A stretch of DNA of 64,000 nucleotides, taken from positions 3,328,001-3,392,000 of the forward strand of contig OY821641.1 of the NCBI GenBank assembly GCA_963555995.3. The letters are read 5' to 3'. Shown in pieces: positions 43,101 to 49,100 of this stretch (the first letter of the stretch is position 1; each line of letters starts with the position of its first letter). This stretch comes from Vicinamibacteria bacterium. GTDB lineage: Bacteria; Acidobacteriota; Vicinamibacteria; Marinacidobacterales; Marinacidobacteraceae. The notes below the pieces were generated by a model. It had not been told where the DNA came from. It made no database searches and saw only the letters and a program-made list of their open reading frames with translations. The position numbers and the translations under genes were made by a program.

Positions 43101-46100
43101 TCTCCCGCTCCCACGAAACCTCGCCCCCGCGGGAGTCCCGCCGCTCCCCCAGCAGCGGGTGCACCGCCGACCGCCGCGCCTTCGCCCCCTCCACCCAGTA
43201 CCGCTCCCGCTGGAACGGATACGTCGGCAGCGATACCCGCCGGCGCGTCTCCCCGGGGAACAGACCCTCGAACGAAACGTCGAGCCCCGCCTCGTACGCC
43301 TCTCCCACCGCCCGAACCCAGCCCTCGCTCCCGCCTCCCGACGGAACCGACACCACCCGCAGACCCCCGTCCCCCGGCCACGCCGACGACGCCCGCTCGC
43401 CCAGCCCTCCCGACGGGCCAACCTCCACCAGCAGTCCCACTCCCAGACCCGACAGCGTCTCCAGCGCTCGCTCGAAGCGCACCTCTCCTTCCGTACCCCA
43501 GACGCCCGCCTCCGGCACTCCTTCCTCCACACGGCCGCTCGCGCCACGCACCAGCGGCACTTCCGGCGGCGACAGCGCCCCCTCGAATACACGACCCAGC
43601 GCCAGCCGCAGCCCGCCCTCCAGATCCAGCCCCCCCGACGCACACGCCGCCGCCAACTCCCCCGCTCCGCAACCCCAGACCACCCCCGGAACCACCCCCA
43701 CGCTCGCCCACAGCGCCGTCAGGCCCGCCTGCAGCGCATACCGCGCCGCCGCCGCCAACTCCGTGTCCTCCTCCGCCCCGGGCCAGGTCGCCGGCGGCAT
43801 GTACCCGTCCCCCAGCGCCGCTGTGCAGCGGTCCACCACCTCGCGGAACGCCGGCTCGCTCCCGTACAGCTCCCGCCCCAGACCCGACCACCCGCCGCTC
43901 TCTCCCCCGTAGAGGAACGCGACCTTCCCCGCCGACGACTCCCGACCCACGTCTCCCTCCGCCACCTGCCGCAGCCCCGCGCGCAGCGTGCCCTCGTCCC
44001 GGAACACCACCCCCGCGCGCCAACCGAAGTGGCTCCGCCCCACCCCCGCCGTCCACGCCGCGTCCGACAGCGACGCGTCCTCGCCCAACCACTCCCCATA
44101 CCGGCCCGCCAACTCCCGCAGCGCCCGCGCACTCCTCCCCGACAGCGGCAGCAGCCGCACCTCCCGCTCCCGGAGCGCCGGCGCCTCCGCCGGCGCCGCA
44201 ACCGCCGTCGCTTCCCCGGCCGGAGGCCGGAACTCTTCCACGATGACGTGCGCGTTCGTCCCCGAATAGCCGAACGAGCTCACCCCCGCTCGCCGCGGGC
44301 GGTCCGTCGCCGGCCAACCCGTCGCCTCCGACACCACCCGCACCGGCAACTCCGCCCACGGGATCCGCGGGTTCGGACGCTCGAAGTGCAGGTGCCGCGG
44401 GATTTCCCCCGAACCCAGCGCCAGCAGCACCTTGATCAGACCCGCAACCCCCGCCGCCCCCTCCAGGTGACCCACGTTCGTCTTCACCGAACCCAGCAGC
44501 AGCGGACGCTCCGGGTCCCGACCCTCCCGGTACGCCGACCCCGCCGCCACTACCTCCACCGGGTCTCCCAGCTCCGTCCCCGTCCCGTGCGCCTCCAGGT
44601 AGTCCACTTCCCACGGCTCCAACCCCGCACGCCCCAGCGCCTCCCCGATCACCCGCTCCTGCGCCGGGCCGTTCGGAACCGTCAAACCCGCGCTCGCCCC
44701 GTCCTGGTTCACCGCCGAGCCCAGCAACACCCCCAGCACCCGGTCCCCGTCACGCTCCGCATCCGACAAACGCTTCAGCACCACCATCCCGCACCCCTCG
44801 CCCCGCACGAACCCGTCCGCCGACGCGTCGAACGTCTTGCAGCATCCGTCCGACGCCAGCATCCCCGCGTCGGCGAACATCTCCGTCACTCCCGAGAGCA
44901 GGATCGCGTTCACTCCCCCCGCCAGCGCCAGGTCCGCCTCCCCCTGCAGCAGCCCCATCGCCGCCTGGTGCACCGCTACCAGCGACGACGAACACGCCGT
45001 GTCCACCGTGATCGCCGGACCCTCCAGACCCAGCGCGAACGAAACCCGTCCCACCGCCGTCGAGAACGACACTCCGCTACCCCGATAGAGACTCCGCGAG
45101 GGATCGCTGACACCCGCCACCAACTCCCGGTAGTCGTTGTTCATCATCCCCCCGTACACCCCGGCCCGGCTCCCCCGGAGGCCGCCCGGGTCCAGCCCCG
45201 CGTCCTCCAGCGCCGCCCAGCTCACCTCCAGCAGCAAGCGCTGCTGCGGGTCCAGCAACTCCGCCTCCGACGGCGCGATCCGGAAAAAACCCGCATCGAA
45301 TCGGTCCAGCCCCTCCACATACGCCCCATACGGACGCGCCGACTCCGTCTCCGCATCCACGTAGAGCCCATCCGGACGGCCCCGCGTCACCGCAAACCCC
45401 CCCGAACGCAGCAACTCCCCGAATCCCCTCAGGTCCGCACCCCCCGGAAAACGGCACGCCATCCCCACCACCGCAACCCGATCCGCTGCCGACGGACGCG
45501 CCACCAGACCCACCCGCCGGACCTCCGCCGCCGGCTCGCCCCACCCCAACGCACCCGCCAGGTGCCGCCCCAGACGCAACGCGTCCGGATGGTCGAACAC
45601 CGCCGTGTTCGACATCGTCAACACCCCGCCCAACGCCCGGTTCACCCGGTTCCGCAACTCCACCGCCATCAGCGAGTCCATCCCCAGCTCGAAGAAACCC
45701 GCATCCGCCGCCGGCCACGACCGCAGTCGCAGCACCGACGCCAGCTCCTCCCGCAAGAACTCCACCAGCGCCGTCTCGCGCTCCGCCGCCGGCAGCCCCC
45801 GCAGGCGCTCCCCCAGGTCCCCGCGCACCCCCCGCTCCTCCAACCCCTCCGCACGCACCAGCTCTTCCAGCAACGGCGGCGGCGACGACAGCGACGTCCA
45901 GTCCACCGACGCCGCAACGCTCCTCCCCACGTCCGCACGCACCAGCCGCGTCAGCGCCTCCAACCCGCGCTCCGGCGCCATCCACCCCTCCCCATACGCC
46001 GCGATCCGATCCGCGATCCGATCCCGCTGCTCCTCTGCCTCCCCCACGCCCGACCACGCCCCCCACGCGATCGCCTGACCCGCCAAACCACGCGAGCGCC

Positions 46101-49100
46101 GGTGCGCCGCCAACTGGTCCAGGAACGCATTCGCCGCCGCGTGGTTCGCCTGACCCGCGTTCCCGAACACCCCCGCCGCGCTCGAAAACAGCACGAACAG
46201 CTCCAGCTCCCGGTCCTCCGTCGCCCGGTGCAACCGCCACGCCCCCAGAACCTTCGGCCACAGCACCTCCTCGAAACGCCCCCAGTCCAGGTTCACCAGC
46301 GCCCCGTCCGACAGAACCCCCGCGCAGTGGATCACCCCTCCCAGCGCCGGCAGCTCCTCCTCCACCCGCCCCAGCATCGCCGTCACCGCATCCCCGTCCG
46401 TCACGTCCGCAATCTCCACCCGAACCTCCACCCCCCGACCCCGCAGGCTCTCCACCGCCGCTTCCGCCGCCGCATCCGGCGACCGGCGACCGTTCAGCAC
46501 CACCGCACCCGCACCCCGCTCGCCCAGCCAGCCCGCGACCGCCAGACCAATGCCCCCCAGGCCCCCCGTCACCAGGTAACTCCGGTCATTCCGCACCCGC
46601 GTCCCCGCCGACGCCGCCTCCGAACCCGCCGGAAGCCGCACCAGCCGCGGCACCCGCCGCTCGCCTCCCCGCAACGCAACCCGTGGCTCCCCGTCCGGCC
46701 ACACCAACTCGTCCGCCAACCGCTCCGCCGCGAACGGCCCCGCCGGGTCCACATCCACCAGCCGGACGTTCAGGTCCCGGTGCTCCAGCCCCGCCACCGC
46801 TCCCAGCCCCCACAGCGACGCGCCCGACAGCCCGCCCTCCTGCTCCCCGCCCAACACCTGTCCCCCCCGCGTCACCAGCCACAGACCCGAGGCCGGCGCC
46901 GTCCCCGCATCCGACATCCCCTGCAACAGACCCAATACCCCCGAACCCAACTCGCGCAGCCGCCGCTCCAACTCCTCCACCGTCGCCCCCGCCTCGTCTT
47001 CACCGACTCCCGAAACGTCCACCACCCCTCGCAACCGCTCCTTCCCATCCAGCTCCCCGAAGAACGACTCCCACGCTTCCCGCTCCCCGCCCGCCGGTCC
47101 GCGCCGGACCTCCTGGCCCCGACGCGAAAGCTCCTCCGCCAACTCCGCCGCCACCGCCCCTTCCCCCGACAGCACGAACAGGCCCCGCTCCCCCGCAACC
47201 TCCGCCGGACCCCGCGCCGCCAGCACCACCTGATCCCCCGCCTCCCCCACCAGCGCAACCTCCCCATACCCCGCCTCCGACAGCGCCCGGCTCCACGCCT
47301 CACGCCCCACCAGCGCGTAGTCCGACCGATACCCGTCCGCGAAACGCCACCAACCCGGAAGCAGTCCGAACGTCAGGTCCAGCCAGCCCCGCCGCTCCGT
47401 CCCCTCCAGCAGCAACAACAATCCCGACGGCGCCAGCAACCGACGGCAGTGCGCCAGCGACTCCTCCAGGTCCCGCGTCGCGTACAGCACGTTCGCCGCC
47501 ACCACCACGTCGAAACCGTGCTCCCCGAACCCCTGCGCCAACGGGTCCCGCTCGATGTCCAGGACCCGATACCTCACCTCCGCGCCCGACCCCCCGAAAC
47601 GCCGCTCCGCCGACGACAGGAAACCCGCCGACACGTCCGTGAACTCGTACTCCGTCCGACCCGACGGCAACTCCGCCAGCACCGCTCCCGTCGTCGCCCC
47701 CGTCCCCGCTCCCACCTCCAGGATCCGAAGACGCCGGCCCTCCGGCAGACCCGTGACCGCCGCCCCCACCGCCGCTCCCACCAGGCGGTTCAGCACCCGC
47801 GCCCCCGGTGACCGCCAATACAGCTCCGCCGCGCCCGCTCCCCCCTCACCGAACAGCAACTCCACCGCGTCCGCACGCCCCCGCAACACCTCCGACAGCC
47901 ATGCCCCGCAGCGCTCCAGAACCTCACCCTCCACCGAATCCCCACCCGCCCCCGGCGCCGAAACCCCCGCCGGCAGCGGCTCCGCCGAGCCCACCGTCAC
48001 CAGCCATTCCCCCGCTACGTCCCGCGCCAGCACACCCCCCTCCTCCAGCAGCGCCAGCAACCGACCGAACAGGCGCCCGTGCTCCCCCGTCACCTTCAAC
48101 GCACGACGCAACCCCTCCTCCGATACCCGGTCGCCCGATGACCGCTCCCAACCCAACTCCTCGAGCGCCCGCAGCGCATACCAGCGCGACTCCCGCTCCA
48201 GCGCCTCCCCCGCCGAAGCCAGCGCCCCCGCCTCCAACCCCTCCGCCGACAAGTACGCATCCACCGAACCCACCGACGACGCAACCTCCGACGGACCCTC
48301 CAGGAACTCCGCCGAACGCAACCCCACCGGCGGCCCCGAGCGCCAATCCACCTCATACAGCAACTCCCCGACCCCCACCCCCAGGAGCGCCGAGCGGCCC
48401 GCCCGCTTCAGCGTCAAACCCGATACCTCGCCCAACACCTCCCCACCCGCGCCATACAGCGCCAGGTCCGCCTTCCTCACCTCACCCGGTCCGCTCCCCT
48501 CCCGCAGCCGTGCGTGGCACCGCAGCCGGCCCGGGAGGCGACCACAAACCCACAGCCGCTCCCAGCCCCACGGAAGCCATACCTCCTCCCCCTCCAGATC
48601 CCCCCACGCCCCCGACAGAACCTGGAAACACCCGTCCAGAAGCACCGGGTGCGCCCGGAGGCCCTCCGCCGCCAGCGCCGGCGGCAGTGAAACCTCTCCC
48701 AACGCCTCGCCAACGCCTCGCCACAGCGCCCCCAGCGACCGGAACGCCGGGCCGTAGGCGAACCCGGCGGACGCCAGTCGCCCATACAGGTCCGGGACCG
48801 CGACCGGGCTCAACTTCTCGCGCAGCGCATCGAGCTCCGCCGCTTCCGCGCCGCCGCCGCCCGCGCCCCAGCGCCCCTCCGCGTGCAACTCCCAGGCCTC
48901 CCCTCCGACGCCCTCCCGGCTCGCTACCTCGAAGCTCTCACCTCCCGACACCACCTGCACCGTCCGGTACGCGTCGCCCCGGAACACCAGCGGCCGGCCG
49001 AATTGCACCTCCGTGACCGCCACCACTCCCGACTCCCCGTCCTCCCCAGCACGCTCCCCGAACGCCTCCAACGCCTGCGACGCATACAGCGCCCCCGGCG

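Noticed and set aside
4852-47811. Very long + strand ORFs (1500-2494 aa; e.g. 9985..16911, 21964..29448, 31366..36957), also 55937..59641 and 60308..63538
   Set aside because: They are Arg/Pro/His/Gln-rich with no domain motifs, and all lie in exact antisense codon register to the PKS. They arise because TTA/CTA/TCA codons are rare in the real gene.
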